Source: Terriglobales bacterium (GTDB lineage: Bacteria > Acidobacteriota > Terriglobia > Terriglobales > Acidobacteriaceae). From it: a DNA stretch of 64,000 bases. The first letter of the stretch is position 1; each line of letters opens with the position of its first letter. This document shows, in pieces, positions 52,683-64,000 of the stretch. The DNA lies in the NCBI GenBank assembly GCA_045807945.1, contig JBJMGI010000092.1, forward strand, positions 22,028 through 86,027, written 5' to 3'. Position numbers and translations under genes: made by a program. The notes beneath the pieces are model-generated. The model saw nothing but the letters and a program-made list of their open reading frames with translations. It ran no database searches and was not told the origin of the DNA.

Positions 52683-55593
52683 TCGAAGGTGAGTTCCCGT
52701 TCTTTAAGATGCGCGCCAGCCACTTGCCGGTGTACGACTCCTTATTCTTGACGACCGCTTCCGGCGTCCCCGCTGCCACAACTTTCCCGCCGCCCTCACC
52801 GCCTTCCGGACCAAGATCAATGACCCAATCAGCGGCCTTGATCACATCCATGTTGTGCTCGATCACCAGGATGGAACCGCCTGCGTCGATGAGTCGCCGG
52901 AATGCTGCGAGCAATTTGCTGACGTCGTCGAAGTGCAAGCCGGTTGTCGGTTCGTCGAAGATGTACAGGAACCGCGGCTTGCGTTTACCGCTTCCGTTCT
53001 CGCCTTCTTCTTCCTGCCGCATGGATTTCGGCTGCAAATGCGCCGCCAACTTCATTCTCTGTGCTTCGCCACCGGAGAGTGTGGTCGCCGATTGCCCCAG
53101 CCGCAGATACCCCAATCCGACTTCATCCAGTACTCGAAGTTTCTCCGTTATCTTCGGAACAGCAGAGAAGAACTGCAGCCCTTCTCTTACCGTCAGCTGC
53201 AGCACCTCGTGTATGTTCTTGCCGCGATACCGCACCTCGAGCACCTCGGCCTTGTAGCGGGTACCCTTGCATTCTTCGCAGATCAGCTCCACATCCGCCA
53301 GGAACTGCATTTCGACCGTTACAGTTCCATCGCCCTGGCACACTTCGCAGCGGCCGCCCGGGATATTGAACGAGAAGTGACCGGCACTGAAGCCGCGCTT
53401 CTGCGCCTCGGGTGTCGCCGCAAAAACCTCGCGGATCGCGTCGAAGGCCTTGATGTAGGTCACCGGGTTCGAACGCGGCGTGCGGCCAATGGGAGATTGG
53501 TCCACCAGCACGACTTCGTCTAGAAACTGGCTTCCATATATGTGGTCGAAGGCGCCGACCGGTGGAGGTGCACCATTCGTCTGATTTTTCACCGCTGCAA
53601 GTCCGCGGTAGAGAACATCGTGCACCAGCGTGGATTTTCCTGAGCCGGAGACGCCCGTGATCGCCACCAGCATGCGCAAAGGAATTTCGACTGTGACGTT
53701 CTTCAGGTTGTGCGCGCGTCCACCTTCAATCTTCAACTTCTCGCTCGTAGGCTTTCGGCGAGCGTTTGGAAGCTGTATGCGCAGGTCCCCACTCAAGTAG
53801 CGCCCAGTGAGCGACGTCGCAATCGAGTTCAGCTGCTTGAATGTGCCTTCGCCGACGACCTTGCCGCCGTGCTCTCCCGCCCCCGGACCGAGATCGAGAA
53901 TGCGGTCAGAGGCGCGCATGATCTCAGGGTCGTGTTCGACCACGAGGATCGTATTTCCCAAGTCGCGCAGGTCATGAAGGATGTTGATCAGCTTCGCCGT
54001 GTCGCGACTGTGCAGGCCGATGGAAGGTTCATCGAGCACGTACAGTGCTCCCACCAGCCGCGAGCCCAAAGAGGTCGCCAGCTGGATGCGCTGCGCTTCT
54101 CCGCCAGAGAGAGTCGAGGCCATCCGGCCCAGAGTCAAGTACTCCAATCCAACTTCGTTCAAGAACCGCAAACGGTCGCGGATCTCTTCCAGAAGTTTGT
54201 CCGCGACTTCGCGCTCGGCTTCGGTGAGTTCGAGAGTATCGAAGAACTTCGCCGCTTCGGTGACAGTCAGGCAGCAGATATCGCAAATGTTCTTGCCGGC
54301 AACCCGGACCTGTCGCGCCTCTGCCCGTAGACGTTGCCCGCCACAGTCGCCGCAGGTCGCGTACCCGCGGTAGCGGCTCAGAAACACGCGCACATGAAGC
54401 TTGTACTTCTTGCGCTCTAAATGTTCGAAGAAGCCGCGGATTCCGACGAAGTCCTCATCGCCTTCCATGATGGCTTCGTGCTGCTCGTGCGAGAGTTGGT
54501 ACCATGGCACATCCACCGGAATCTTTTTATCGCGTGCCCATCGCCGCAGCTCAGTGAAGATGGGCCGGTACTTCGGCTTCGTCCATGGTTCGATAGCTCC
54601 TTCAGCCAGTGTTTTCGACTTATCAGGGATCACCAGGTCCATGTCGAAATCAATGGTGTTGCCGAAACCTTGGCACCGCGGGCAGGCGCCGAAGGGATTA
54701 TTGAACGAGAACAGCCGCGGCTCCGGCTCCTCGTACCGTATCTTGCAGCGGCTGCATTCAAACCTACGCGAGAAGCGGAGCTGTTTCGATTCTTCGCCCT
54801 CGCGCGGAACTGTCTGGAAGATTGCTTCTCCCGCCTGCCGATAACTCGTCTCAAGCGCGTCCACGATGCGCGCGCGAGAGTGGGGAGCGATCACAATGCG
54901 GTCCACCAGCGCGAATAGTGGCTTCGAGAAATCAATCTCGAGCAGAGACTCCGGTGTTGAGAATTCGTAGATATTGCCGCCCTGATACAGCCGATTGAAT
55001 CCCTGCTTGCGCAACTCAAACAAGCGTGCCTTCAGCGCCTCAGCTTTTGCCGCTACTTCTTCCTGCTTCGCCTTCGCCGACTTCTTTTTGCCCTTTTTCT
55101 CCTCAACGGCCACCGGGTGCGCGTGGACAGGGAAGAGCACATTCAGGCGCGTGCCTTCACCTAACTCCATTACCGACGCGGCGACCTCGTCCACGGTGTC
55201 GCGCTTCACCTCCTGCCCGCAGTTCGCGCAGAAAGTCCGGCCTACGCGGGCAAACAGCAGACGCAGGTAGTCGTAAATCTCGGTCGCGGTCGCAACCGTC
55301 GAACGGGGATTACGCGTGGAATTCTTCTGCTTGATCGCCACGGCGGGCGAGATACCGTCGATCAGGTCCACATCCGGCTTCTCAATGCGCTCCAGGAACT
55401 GCCGTGCATATGCGGAGAGCGATTCGACGTACCGGCGCTGCCCCTCGGCATAGATGGTGTCGAAGGCGAGGGAAGACTTGCCCGACCCGGAGACTCCCGT
55501 CACCACCGTCAAGGTATTGTGGGGAATCTCAAAATCTATGTTCTTAAGGTTATGGACGCGCGCGCCGCGCACGATGATGCTGTCATTGGACAT
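52669..55593 (-). CDS. uvrA: Excinuclease ABC subunit A
   Basis: [28 protein letters not shown], zinc modules CxxC, a second ATPase [19 protein letters not shown] twice. Start chosen at MSNDSIIV (55593). Confidence 0.95.
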   Translation of the reverse strand: MSNDSIIVRGARVHNLKNIDFEIPHNTLTVVTGVSGSGKSSLAFDTIYAEGQRRYVESLSAYARQFLERIEKPDVDLIDGISPAVAIKQKNSTRNPRSTVATATEIYDYLRLLFARVGRTFCANCGQEVKRDTVDEVAASVMELGEGTRLNVLFPVHAHPVAVEEKKGKKKSAKAKQEEVAAKAEALKARLFELRKQGFNRLYQGGNIYEFSTPESLLEIDFSKPLFALVDRIVIAPHSRARIVDALETSYRQAGEAIFQTVPREGEESKQLRFSRRFECSRCKIRYEEPEPRLFSFNNPFGACPRCQGFGNTIDFDMDLVIPDKSKTLAEGAIEPWTKPKYRPIFTELRRWARDKKIPVDVPWYQLSHEQHEAIMEGDEDFVGIRGFFEHLERKKYKLHVRVFLSRYRGYATCGDCGGQRLRAEARQVRVAGKNICDICCLTVTEAAKFFDTLELTEAEREVADKLLEEIRDRLRFLNEVGLEYLTLGRMASTLSGGEAQRIQLATSLGSRLVGALYVLDEPSIGLHSRDTAKLINILHDLRDLGNTILVVEHDPEIMRASDRILDLGPGAGEHGGKVVGEGTFKQLNSIATSLTGRYLSGDLRIQLPNARRKPTSEKLKIEGGRAHNLKNVTVEIPLRMLVAITGVSGSGKSTLVHDVLYRGLAAVKNQTNGAPPPVGAFDHIYGSQFLDEVVLVDQSPIGRTPRSNPVTYIKAFDAIREVFAATPEAQKRGFSAGHFSFNIPGGRCEVCQGDGTVTVEMQFLADVELICEECKGTRYKAEVLEVRYRGKNIHEVLQLTVREGLQFFSAVPKITEKLRVLDEVGLGYLRLGQSATTLSGGEAQRMKLAAHLQPKSMRQEEEGENGSGKRKPRFLYIFDEPTTGLHFDDVSKLLAAFRRLIDAGGSILVIEHNMDVIKAADWVIDLGPEGGEGGGKVVAAGTPEAVVKNKESYTGKWLARILKNGNSPSNGRS

Positions 55594-55709
55594 GTTTGAG
55601 GCCGTCGCCGGACACACAGACGCGCTCAGAGTGGTCAGCGAATCTTTCTATTATAAATCGGAGTGGGTGGCGTGTGCTGGCGTTTGTAGTGGGGGTTAGT
55701 ACTTGGGGG

Positions 55710-56462
<753 letters not shown>

Positions 56463-57674
56463 TTATTTGTTGGTCAACGCTTCAACCCCGGGCAGCTTCT
56501 TGCCTTCAAGGAACTCGAGCGACGCGCCGCCGCCGGTGGAGATGTGCGTGATCTTGTCGGCAACGCCCGCCTGATGCACCGCCGCGACGGAGTCTCCGCC
56601 ACCGACGATGGAAGTCGCAGCGCGGTTGTTTGCAACCGCCTCTGCAATAGCAACTGTGCCCTTGGCGAACGGCTCTACTTCGAAGACGCCCATCGGACCG
56701 TTCCAAAGGATAGTCTTCGCCGTCACTATTTCATCGGAGTAGAGCTTGCGCGTCTTCGGTCCGATATCCAGCCCCATCTTGCCGGCCGGGATCGGCGCGC
56801 TCGCGTCCACTTGCGTGACCTGAGCCGAAGCTTCGATCTTGTCCGCGATCACATCATCCACCGGCAACAGGAATTTCAACCCCTTCGCCTTCGCGTCGGC
56901 GAGCAGCTTCCGCGCGAGGTCCAGCTTGTCATCTTCTACCAGCGATTTTCCGGTATCACGCCCCTGCGCCTTCATAAAGGTGTAGGCCATCGCGCCGCCG
57001 ATTAGAAGCGCGTCTACCTTTGGCAATAGATTTTGTATGACCTCTATCTTGTCGCTGACCTTCGCGCCGCCCAGGATCGCGACGAACGGCCGCTCAGGAT
57101 TCGCCAGCACCTTGCCAAGGTACTGCAGCTCTTTTTCCATCAGCAGGCCCGCAGCGGACTTCGAGATGAACTTCGTAATCCCGGCCGTCGACGCGTGTGC
57201 TCGGTGGGCCGAACCAAAGGCATCGTTCACGTAGGCTTCCGCCAGTTTGGCCAGCGCCTTCGCAAAGTTCTCATCGTTCGCTTCTTCTTCCGGATGGAAC
57301 CGCAAGTTCTCAAGCAGCAGGCACTGTCCGGCTTCGAGCTTCTGCGCCATCTCCTCGGCTTCCCATCCGACGCAATCTGGGGAGAATCCAACATTGCAGT
57401 TTCGGCTGAGCTTCTGATCGAGCAAAATTCGTAGGTGCTCGGCCACGTTCATCAGACTCATTTTCGGATTGGGCTTACCCTTGGGACGACCAAGATGCGA
57501 CGCCAGGATCAAGCGCGCGTGATGCTTCAGCGCGTATTCGATCGTGGGCAGCGTCTCGACGATGCGCGTGTCGTCGGTCACGCGGCCGTGCTCGTCGAGG
57601 GGGACGTTAAAATCCACCCGCATGAAGACTCGTTTGTTCTTTAATTCAAGGTCGCGGATCGAGAGTTTCGCCAT
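56463..57674 (-). CDS. pgk: Phosphoglycerate kinase
   Basis: [39 protein letters not shown]. Confidence 0.95.
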   Translation of the reverse strand: MAKLSIRDLELKNKRVFMRVDFNVPLDEHGRVTDDTRIVETLPTIEYALKHHARLILASHLGRPKGKPNPKMSLMNVAEHLRILLDQKLSRNCNVGFSPDCVGWEAEEMAQKLEAGQCLLLENLRFHPEEEANDENFAKALAKLAEAYVNDAFGSAHRAHASTAGITKFISKSAAGLLMEKELQYLGKVLANPERPFVAILGGAKVSDKIEVIQNLLPKVDALLIGGAMAYTFMKAQGRDTGKSLVEDDKLDLARKLLADAKAKGLKFLLPVDDVIADKIEASAQVTQVDASAPIPAGKMGLDIGPKTRKLYSDEIVTAKTILWNGPMGVFEVEPFAKGTVAIAEAVANNRAATSIVGGGDSVAAVHQAGVADKITHISTGGGASLEFLEGKKLPGVEALTNK

Positions 57675-57728
57675 CTTCGCTTTCTTGAAAACTCTTGGAG
57701 TGCGCTTATTGATGCGTACCGCGAGCTT

Positions 57729-58739
57729 TTAGAGGCCCTTCTTCGCCATCAGGTCGATAAGGTCGCGCACTCGGCACGAGTATCCCCACTCGTTGTCGTA
57801 CCAGGAGATGACCTTCACGCAATTTCCCGCCACCACACGCGTCATAGGAGCGTCCACGATCGAGGAGCGCGGGTCGCCGCGGTAGTCCATTGAGACCAGC
57901 TCTTCGGTCTCGTATCCGAGGTAGCCCTTCAGCGGACCCTCTTCGCTGGCCTTCTTCAACGCAGCGTTCACCTCTTCGACGGTTGTCTTCTTGTCAACGA
58001 ATGCGACCAGATCGACCACGGAGACATCGGGAGTCGGAACGCGAAGAGAAAATCCATCGAGCTTGCCTTTCAGCTCAGGGACAGCCAGGTGCAGCGCTTT
58101 CGCTGCGCCGGTCGAAGTCGGAATCATGGAGAGCGCTGCAGCGCGGGCGCGACGCAAGTCTTTGTGAGGGAAGTCGAGAATGACCTGGTCATTGGTATAG
58201 GAGTGGATGGTCGTCATCGTCCCACTCTGGATACCGAAGTTGTCGTGAATCACTTTGGCAATCGGCGCCAGACAGTTGGTTGTGCAGGAAGCGTTGGAGA
58301 CGATGTGGTGTTTCGCCGGATCGTACTTGTCGTGATTCACTCCGAGGACAAGCGTAATGTCCTCACCTGTCGCCGGAGCCGAGATGATCACCTTCTTTAC
58401 CGGTCCGCGCAGGTGCTTCTTTGCGTCTTCGGCTTTGGTGAAGCGGCCGGTGGATTCCACCACGATCTGCGCGCCCACGCTCTCCCACGGGATCAGCGCC
58501 GGGTCTTTTTCTTTGAAGACCTTGAACTTCTTATTGTCGACGGAAATCGAGTCGCCTTCGGCTCGAACGTCGTGCTTCAGATTTCCCAGGATGGAGTCGT
58601 ACTTCAGCAGGTGGGCCAGCGTCTTCGGATCGGTAAGGTCGTTCACCGCGACCAGATCAAAATTCTTGTCCTCGAGTGCGGTGCGCAGGATGTTTCGCCC
58701 GATGCGCCCGAATCCGTTGATGCCGACTTTCACTGCCAT
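57729..58739 (-). CDS. gap: Type I glyceraldehyde-3-phosphate dehydrogenase
   Basis: [33 protein letters not shown]. Confidence 0.95.
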   Translation of the reverse strand: MAVKVGINGFGRIGRNILRTALEDKNFDLVAVNDLTDPKTLAHLLKYDSILGNLKHDVRAEGDSISVDNKKFKVFKEKDPALIPWESVGAQIVVESTGRFTKAEDAKKHLRGPVKKVIISAPATGEDITLVLGVNHDKYDPAKHHIVSNASCTTNCLAPIAKVIHDNFGIQSGTMTTIHSYTNDQVILDFPHKDLRRARAAALSMIPTSTGAAKALHLAVPELKGKLDGFSLRVPTPDVSVVDLVAFVDKKTTVEEVNAALKKASEEGPLKGYLGYETEELVSMDYRGDPRSSIVDAPMTRVVAGNCVKVISWYDNEWGYSCRVRDLIDLMAKKGL

Positions 58740-58880
58740 AGTTCCTCCCGGAAAAGTTCAGGCCGCACAGCGAGGCTGCGGCGCACACAGCAAACTAAAA
58801 ATCGTAACATCGTGTGATTCCGAGGCGCAAATCTGTTGCCGATGATGACTCGCCGCGAGCGTCTGTGATACAAACCCTCC

Positions 58881-59612
58881 ATGCGCAAATGGGTGCGGGA
58901 TCGTATCCGCAAAAAGAAAACTACCCCGAACGACACGGAACAGACCGGACACATCGGCCAGTCGAAAAAGACATTCGAAGGCGCAGCAGCTCCCCTGCAA
59001 CCCGCTTACTACGATGCTCCCGCTGCCGGGCCGCAGGATGCGCGCATTGAGACTGAGACCCAGCCGGAGTCCGTTTCCGCTCCGCCCGCCAGCCCTGAAG
59101 CCGCTACCGGCCACGCTCCGCGTCAGAAAACGCCGCGCGCACCCAAAGGTGTTGTGGTTCTGACCATCGGCCTGCCCGGCTCCGGCAAGACCACTTGGTT
59201 CAAGCGCCGCGGAGTCACTCCGCTCTCCAGTGACATGTTGCGCTCTCTTCTATTCGATGACATCACCGAGCAGCGCTACCAAAATCTTGTCTTCTCGACT
59301 TTGCGCTCCCTGCTTCGCGCGCGTCTGATCGCCAAGATGCCGTGGAATTATGTCGACGCGACGAATCTTTCGCCACGTGAACGTAAGCAATGGATCGGCA
59401 TGGCGCGCAGCTTCGGATATGAAGTGCAGGCCGTCTTCTTCGATGTCCCACTGGAAGTTTGTTTGGAGCGGAATCGGAAGCGCGAGCGCATCGTCTCTGA
59501 AGAAGTCATGCGCAACCTGGCACAGCGCTTGAAAGCGCCTACCTTTGACGAAGGCTTCTCGAAGATCGTGGTTGTGCGGGTGAAGAGTAAAGATTCCGCC
59601 GCGGAAGAGTAA
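58881..59612 (+). CDS. P-loop kinase-like ATPase (AAA_33 / polynucleotide-kinase-like) with disordered N-terminal region
   Basis: Walker A GLPGSGKTTW at about aa 105. The first 95 aa are low-complexity (K/P/A/E-rich). The start is uncertain. Confidence 0.6.
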   Translation: MRKWVRDRIRKKKTTPNDTEQTGHIGQSKKTFEGAAAPLQPAYYDAPAAGPQDARIETETQPESVSAPPASPEAATGHAPRQKTPRAPKGVVVLTIGLPGSGKTTWFKRRGVTPLSSDMLRSLLFDDITEQRYQNLVFSTLRSLLRARLIAKMPWNYVDATNLSPRERKQWIGMARSFGYEVQAVFFDVPLEVCLERNRKRERIVSEEVMRNLAQRLKAPTFDEGFSKIVVVRVKSKDSAAEE

Positions 59613-59614
59613 GT

Positions 59615-60217
59615 TCAGGACTTCAAGTAGGGAAGCATTTCCTTGAACGCGGGACCACCCGATCCGCCCAGCAGTTCATAAAGGATAGTCTCGGTCGAGC
59701 TGATCACCGCTCCTGCGCTTCGCATCCGGTCGAGCCCCACATTCCAATTCAGCTCCGAGCGCGAGCCAACCGCATCCGCTGCAACGTGCACCGTGTAATC
59801 CTGCGCGAGCGCGCCCAACGCCGTCTGCAATACGCAGATGTGAGTTTCCATTCCGCATAGCAACAACGTTTTGCGCTGTTGCGGCACCGCTTGCGCCGCT
59901 TTGCAGAATCCTTCGTTAGCAAAGCAGCTGAACTCCTGCTTGTCGTAAACAGTCTGGTCGGGCAGCAGGGAAGCGATCTCGGGAACTGTTTTTCCTAATC
60001 CTCGCTCGTATTGTGTCGTGACCAACACGGGCAATTTGAGGATCTTCGCCAGCCGGATCAGCAGCTGCGAGTTCTTCACCAGACGCTCGTGGTGGTGAAT
60101 GGGTGGCAGCAACTTTTCCTGGATGTCGATCACCAGCAGCGCGCAGTGCTCGGCTGCCAACCGCCGCGCCGAAGCGGCTTGCTTGCTTGAGATGTTCGGA
60201 GTCACGGGGGCGGACAC
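59615..60217 (-). CDS. Isochorismatase-family cysteine hydrolase
   Basis: ALLVIDIQEKLL (catalytic Asp region) and GMETHICVLQTA (catalytic Cys). Confidence 0.8.
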   Translation of the reverse strand: MSAPVTPNISSKQAASARRLAAEHCALLVIDIQEKLLPPIHHHERLVKNSQLLIRLAKILKLPVLVTTQYERGLGKTVPEIASLLPDQTVYDKQEFSCFANEGFCKAAQAVPQQRKTLLLCGMETHICVLQTALGALAQDYTVHVAADAVGSRSELNWNVGLDRMRSAGAVISSTETILYELLGGSGGPAFKEMLPYLKS

Positions 60218-60241
60218 GCTACGATTGTAAACGAGGGAAAT

Positions 60242-60270
60242 TTGACCGACATTCTGCAGCCGCTTAGAAT
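60242..60270 (+). promoter_or_regulatory. Predicted sigma-70 promoter for tRNA-Gln (TTGACC-N17-TAGAAT)
   Basis: -35 at 60242..60247 and -10 at 60265..60270, about 38 nt upstream of the tRNA 5' end. Confidence 0.4.
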
Positions 60271-60314
60271 GAATCCAGTCGCACGCAAGTCCATCGCGGC
60301 TGCCTGCACCGCAT

Positions 60315-60388
60315 TGCCTCCTCGTTCAATGGTAGGACACGTGGCTCTGAACCACGGTATCGGGGTTCGAATCCCTGGGAGGCAACCA
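60315..60388 (+). tRNA. tRNA-Gln (anticodon CUG), CCA encoded
   Basis: Hand-folded cloverleaf. The 7-bp acceptor stem is UGCCUCC/GGAGGCA with a U1:A72 pair. D stem is GUUC/GGAC with a GG loop. The anticodon stem is CGUGG/CCACG with loop CU-CUG-AA. T arm is CGGGG-UUCGAAU-CCCUG. Discriminator A followed by CCA. Confidence 0.85.
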
Positions 60389-60427
60389 AGCTTCTCCTCT
60401 CTTCTTTGACTGTCGCATCGAATACTC

Positions 60428-61747
60428 ATGAGCGAGTCCGTCGTGATTATCGGAGCAGGCGCAGCTGGTCTTTCGTGCGCCGCCGATCTCGCGCGCACCG
60501 GTATTGCCGTCACCGTGTTGGAAGCTCGCGACCGCGTTGGCGGACGCATCTTCAGCCAGTCAGTTCAGGGATTGCCGGCCCCAGTCGAGCTCGGGGCAGA
60601 ATTTATCCACGGCGAAGCGCCGCAGATATTCGATTCAATGAAGCAGGCCGGCCAAGAGATCATTGAAGGCACGGGCGACGACTGGTGCAGGGAAGAAGGC
60701 GAGCTTTGCGCTTGCGATTTCTTCGAAAAGGTAGACGAGCTTCTCAATAAGATGAAGCAGCACGGATACCCTGATCGCTCCTTCGCAGAATTTCTCAAAG
60801 AGCTCCCACGCGAACAAGGTGATGAGCACATCCGCCTCCGCGCGCTTGACTACGTAAGCGGCTTCAATGCAGCGGATCCAGACAAGATCAGCGTTCGGTC
60901 GCTTATCAAAGATATGGCGCGCTCCGAGGAACTCGGAGGTGAGCGTATTTTGCGCCTGCGCAACGGATACTCAGCGCTGGTCTCTTGGCTTGAACGCCAG
61001 TGCACTAGCAACCGTGTCGAAATCCGCACCGATCATGCGGCGCGCCGGATTGCATATGGTTCTGACCGCGCCGTGATTACGGGAAATCACTTTCGAGAGA
61101 CCTTTCAGCTCGAAGCTGACGCTGTCGTGGTCACCGTTCCAGCTTCGCTCCTCCACCCCGGAGCTGCTGCCAGCATCACCTTCGACCCCGAACTTCCAAC
61201 CTCTAAGCTGGAGGCGCTTCGCGGAACCGCGTTCGGAGCAGTCATCCGCGTCGTCCTTGTCTTCAAGGAACCATTCTGGAAAACCATGAAGGGCAGCGGC
61301 GGTTCGCTTGCGAGGCTGCGCTTCCTCTTTTCGCACGATCCGTTCTTCCCAACCTGGTGGACCCAGCACCCGGTCGAGTCACCGGTGCTCGTCGCTTGGT
61401 CCTCGGGGCCGCGTGCAAAGGAATTCAGTGGCTGGACGAAGCAGCGGATCATCGAACAGGCGCTCTCCAGCCTCGCGAACATCCTCCCGATTTCGCGGAC
61501 CGAGGTTGCTGGGATGCTTCGCGAGGGCTTCCTGCACGACTGGCAAGCCGACCCGTTCTCCCTCGGCGCTTACAGCTACTTATGCGTAGGCGCAGCAGAT
61601 GCCCCCGCCGAACTCGCGCGTTCTATGGGGAATAGAGTGTTTTTTGCTGGGGAAGCTACAAACGGAATGGGCGACCATGGCACCGTGCATGGCGCGATGG
61701 AAAGCGGACAGCGCGCCGCCGCCGAGATCAAAGCTGTTTTGGGGTAG
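60428..61747 (+). CDS. FAD-dependent amine oxidase family oxidoreductase
   Basis: VVIIGAGAAGLSCAADLARTGIAVTVLEARDRVGGR dinucleotide-binding fingerprint, plus a C-terminal FFAGEAT...GTVHGAMESG motif. Confidence 0.8.
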   Translation: MSESVVIIGAGAAGLSCAADLARTGIAVTVLEARDRVGGRIFSQSVQGLPAPVELGAEFIHGEAPQIFDSMKQAGQEIIEGTGDDWCREEGELCACDFFEKVDELLNKMKQHGYPDRSFAEFLKELPREQGDEHIRLRALDYVSGFNAADPDKISVRSLIKDMARSEELGGERILRLRNGYSALVSWLERQCTSNRVEIRTDHAARRIAYGSDRAVITGNHFRETFQLEADAVVVTVPASLLHPGAAASITFDPELPTSKLEALRGTAFGAVIRVVLVFKEPFWKTMKGSGGSLARLRFLFSHDPFFPTWWTQHPVESPVLVAWSSGPRAKEFSGWTKQRIIEQALSSLANILPISRTEVAGMLREGFLHDWQADPFSLGAYSYLCVGAADAPAELARSMGNRVFFAGEATNGMGDHGTVHGAMESGQRAAAEIKAVLG

Positions 61748-61752
61748 AGAGA

Positions 61753-62139
61753 TTAGTGCCGCGTCGCGCCGGCGAGTCGTCCTGAAGTTCGCACGCTGCC
61801 GCAAGCTTTTTTGGCCGCGGCTTGCATCCAGGGAGTGATCGTCCCTTTTTCCACCACGCCAATAACGATCTGGTTCTGATGGTCAGAGAGATACATCGTA
61901 GTGCGGCTCTCGCGCTTGGTGTTCTGGCACAACTCGTCGACGACTTGCTGTTCGTGCGAGCTCAACACTTCTTCCGGAAGCACATTGAAGTTGCGGAAGG
62001 TCCACACTAAACGGATGCGGTCCAGCAGGCGGGGTGATACGTAGCGAGTTCCATTGTCGCTTGAAACCTGGAGCACGCCGTAACGGATTTTTTCCATCCA
62101 CATTGAAGACGTCCTGTATTTTCGGGGGCCAGAACGCAA
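61753..62139 (-). CDS. Hypothetical protein
   Basis: ORF only. The likely start is an internal Met (62103 or 62097). No motif recognised. Confidence 0.3.
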   Translation of the reverse strand: MRSGPRKYRTSSMWMEKIRYGVLQVSSDNGTRYVSPRLLDRIRLVWTFRNFNVLPEEVLSSHEQQVVDELCQNTKRESRTTMYLSDHQNQIVIGVVEKGTITPWMQAAAKKACGSVRTSGRLAGATRH

Positions 62140-62309
62140 CCAGAGTAGCCCTGCACCTTAGTTGATGCAACAGTTTTCTGCACTAAAATGTGGCACTCCG
62201 GGGCTGTGTACTTTGGTCACCAGAGCCGCCCCAAACGGTTACTTTGGGCACGTTGGCCAGGTATCCCCCTCGTGCTAGTGTTCCGCCGTTTTTCCACAAC
62301 CTACAACTT

Positions 62310-64000
62310 ATGAAAGTAGACAAGCTGCCGCTCAATCGCGTCTTTGACCGCACCGAACGCTTGGAAGCACCCCTGTTTCAGCGCCCTTATGTATGGGAGC
62401 GGGAGCAAAACTGGGAGCCGCTTTGGTGCACCATCCGTACCGTTGCCGAGGCCCGTTTGAATAATGACGCCCACCGCACCACCTTCCTTGGCGAACTAGT
62501 CCTTGACCAACTCGAGACTCCGCTGAGCCAGATCCACGCCCGGCAGATCATCGATGGTCAACAGCGGCTCACGACTTTCCAGATGGTCCTGGCCGCCGCG
62601 CGCGATCTTTGCGCCGCCTTGGGCGAACAGCGCTTCTCTCAGGCGTTTCGCAAGCTCACCGACAACGATGTCCCACTCAGCGACAATCCCGACGACATCT
62701 TCAAAGTATGGCCTACAAATGCTGACCGGCGCGTCTTCCGCGACACCATGACCGCGGGGAACAAGCGCGAGATTATCGCGCTCGCGTTTAAAAACGCTCT
62801 CATCCCCCAGGCTTATCTTTATTTCTACGACCTCCTTCAGGAATGGTTAGGAACCCCAGATGACCCCAATTTCCTTCCCAGGCTCGACGCGCTGCATCAG
62901 GCGCTGCGCGAAGACTTGCAATTGGTCATCATCGACCTCGAGAGCGACGACGATCCGCAGGAGATATTCGAAACATTGAATGCGCTCGGCACTCCGCTGC
63001 TGCCTGCTGACCTGATCAAGAACTACCTTTTCCGCATGGCGGAGATCCAGGGACTGAACTCCGAGCGGCTGAACGCGCAATACTGGTCACGCTTCGACCG
63101 TGAAATCAGCTTCTGGCGCGACGAGGTGCGCCAAGGCCGCCTCAAGCGACCGCGGTATGACTTATTCGTCCGCCACTACCTCACATTAATGTTGAAGGAA
63201 GACGTAAGCGCCGGCGAGCTTTTCAAGGGATTCAAAAGGTACGCCGGCCGCGAGCCTGAGCGTACCGCTTGCGAGCTGATGCGGGAATTCCGAAGCTACG
63301 GCACGATCTACCGCAGCTTTGAGACCTATGCCGACGACTCACGTGAAGGCATCTTCTTTTATCGCCTCGAGCAGCTCGATACCAGTACGGTGTTCCCGCT
63401 CCTGCTTGAAGTAATCCGCAAATTCGCAGGCGACGAGCATCGGCGGCAGCTCGATCAGATACTCACCGACATCGAGTCTTTTCTCGTAAGGCGCAGCATC
63501 TGCCAGCTCACCAGCAAGAATTACAACCATCTTTTTGTAGAGATGCTGCGGAGTATCCCGGCGATCTCAGCCAAGTCCATCCGCGATTTCCTGCTCGCGT
63601 CTTCGGCAGACACTTCCCGCTGGCCTGACGACGTGGAATTCGAGAAGGCATGGATCAATATTGATTTCTACCGGAAGGTGAAACGATCGAAAGTACGGAT
63701 GATCCTGGAAGCATTGAACGATTCGCTATTCACGCCAAAGACAGAGAAGGTCCGCATCGACCGCCAACTTACCATCGAGCATCTGATGCCTCGCGATTGG
63801 GAGCAGCATTGGCCTCTGACTGCATTTTCCGGGAACTTCCCGCTCGACATCGCCACGGAATTTCGTAACGAATACCTGCACAAGATCGGCAACCTCACTC
63901 TGATCACGCGCTCGTTGAATCCCGCCATATCGAATGGGCCATGGCAGACAAAGCGCCGCGAGATTCTGAAGCACAGCGCCATTCATTTGAACCGCGCATT
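62310..64000 (+). CDS. DUF262 + DUF1524 protein (GmrSD-like ParB/His-Me nuclease architecture), 3' end outside window
   Basis: Not in the ORF track because no stop is reached. My translation from ATG 62310 stays open to the window end. It contains FQRPYVWE and IIDGQQRLTTF (the DUF262 DGQQR motif), and LTIEHLMP...IGNLTLITRSLNPAISN (the DUF1524 H..N..N motif). Confidence 0.8.
   Translation, partial: MKVDKLPLNRVFDRTERLEAPLFQRPYVWEREQNWEPLWCTIRTVAEARLNNDAHRTTFLGELVLDQLETPLSQIHARQIIDGQQRLTTFQMVLAAARDLCAALGEQRFSQAFRKLTDNDVPLSDNPDDIFKVWPTNADRRVFRDTMTAGNKREIIALAFKNALIPQAYLYFYDLLQEWLGTPDDPNFLPRLDALHQALREDLQLVIIDLESDDDPQEIFETLNALGTPLLPADLIKNYLFRMAEIQGLNSERLNAQYWSRFDREISFWRDEVRQGRLKRPRYDLFVRHYLTLMLKEDVSAGELFKGFKRYAGREPERTACELMREFRSYGTIYRSFETYADDSREGIFFYRLEQLDTSTVFPLLLEVIRKFAGDEHRRQLDQILTDIESFLVRRSICQLTSKNYNHLFVEMLRSIPAISAKSIRDFLLASSADTSRWPDDVEFEKAWINIDFYRKVKRSKVRMILEALNDSLFTPKTEKVRIDRQLTIEHLMPRDWEQHWPLTAFSGNFPLDIATEFRNEYLHKIGNLTLITRSLNPAISNGPWQTKRREILKHSAIHLNRA

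Noticed and set aside
55594-55709. A search for a LexA/SOS box upstream of uvrA (GTTC-N7-GTTC type, or CTGT-N8-ACAG).
   Set aside because: No match on either strand in the 116-bp upstream region. No SOS operator is claimed.
60202-60549. A 115-aa minus-strand ORF spanning the tRNA-Gln locus.
   Set aside because: It overlaps a well-folding tRNA and the start of the amine oxidase gene, and its composition is that of a shadow ORF.
62209-62251. Direct repeat TACTTTGG(T/G)CAC (twice, 31-nt period) upstream of the DUF262 gene.
   Set aside because: It is short and imperfect, with no recognisable promoter context. It may be regulatory but cannot be supported from this window alone.

Overview
GC-rich chromosomal segment, most likely from an Acidobacteriota genome. 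The pointers are three 807-839 aa ADOP-type duplicated FtsX/MacB permeases, several other MacB-like modules and many short-leader genes. I count about 58 protein-coding genes and one tRNA-Gln(CUG). I saw no rRNA, no CRISPR array and no recognisable transposase or integrase. Housekeeping blocks are sdhCAB, ileS-lspA, uvrA, gap-pgk-tpiA, dps and inositol-3-phosphate synthase. Signalling genes include an HD-GYP protein, a Crp-like protein, a GAF-GAF-GGDEF protein, an ECF sigma/anti-sigma pair, an NtrC-type two-component system and a REC-PP2C regulator.

Main things worth a second look:
1. An 8-gene, translationally coupled MacA-ATPase-ADOP-ADOP-ATPase-TolC-EBP-HK operon (2008..14276, minus strand). 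It is preceded by a sigma-54 promoter.
2. Three sigma-54 promoters (14.3, 15.6 and 18.2 kb) share one phased tripartite enhancer, TGTCCG-N4-CGGACA-N13/14-CCGGACA.
3. An iron-uptake-like operon (44263..49083) with two gene fusions: FTR1 fused to DUF2318, and an ABC ATPase fused to a DtxR-like metal-sensor module. A perfect 31-bp Fur-box-like palindrome sits behind its promoter.
4. A 647-aa protein with ten exact-period 31-residue repeats, driven by a consensus sigma-70 promoter and followed 6 nt downstream by a lytic transglycosylase gene.
5. An unlisted 44-codon secreted-peptide-like gene with its own SD, terminator and a perfect tandem 11-bp repeat upstream.
6. A DUF262/DUF1524 (GmrSD-like) gene running off the right edge, near the tRNA.

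All calls come from reading motifs in the ORF translations and the DNA. No database search was run. Start codons are best guesses, and every regulatory site is a prediction.
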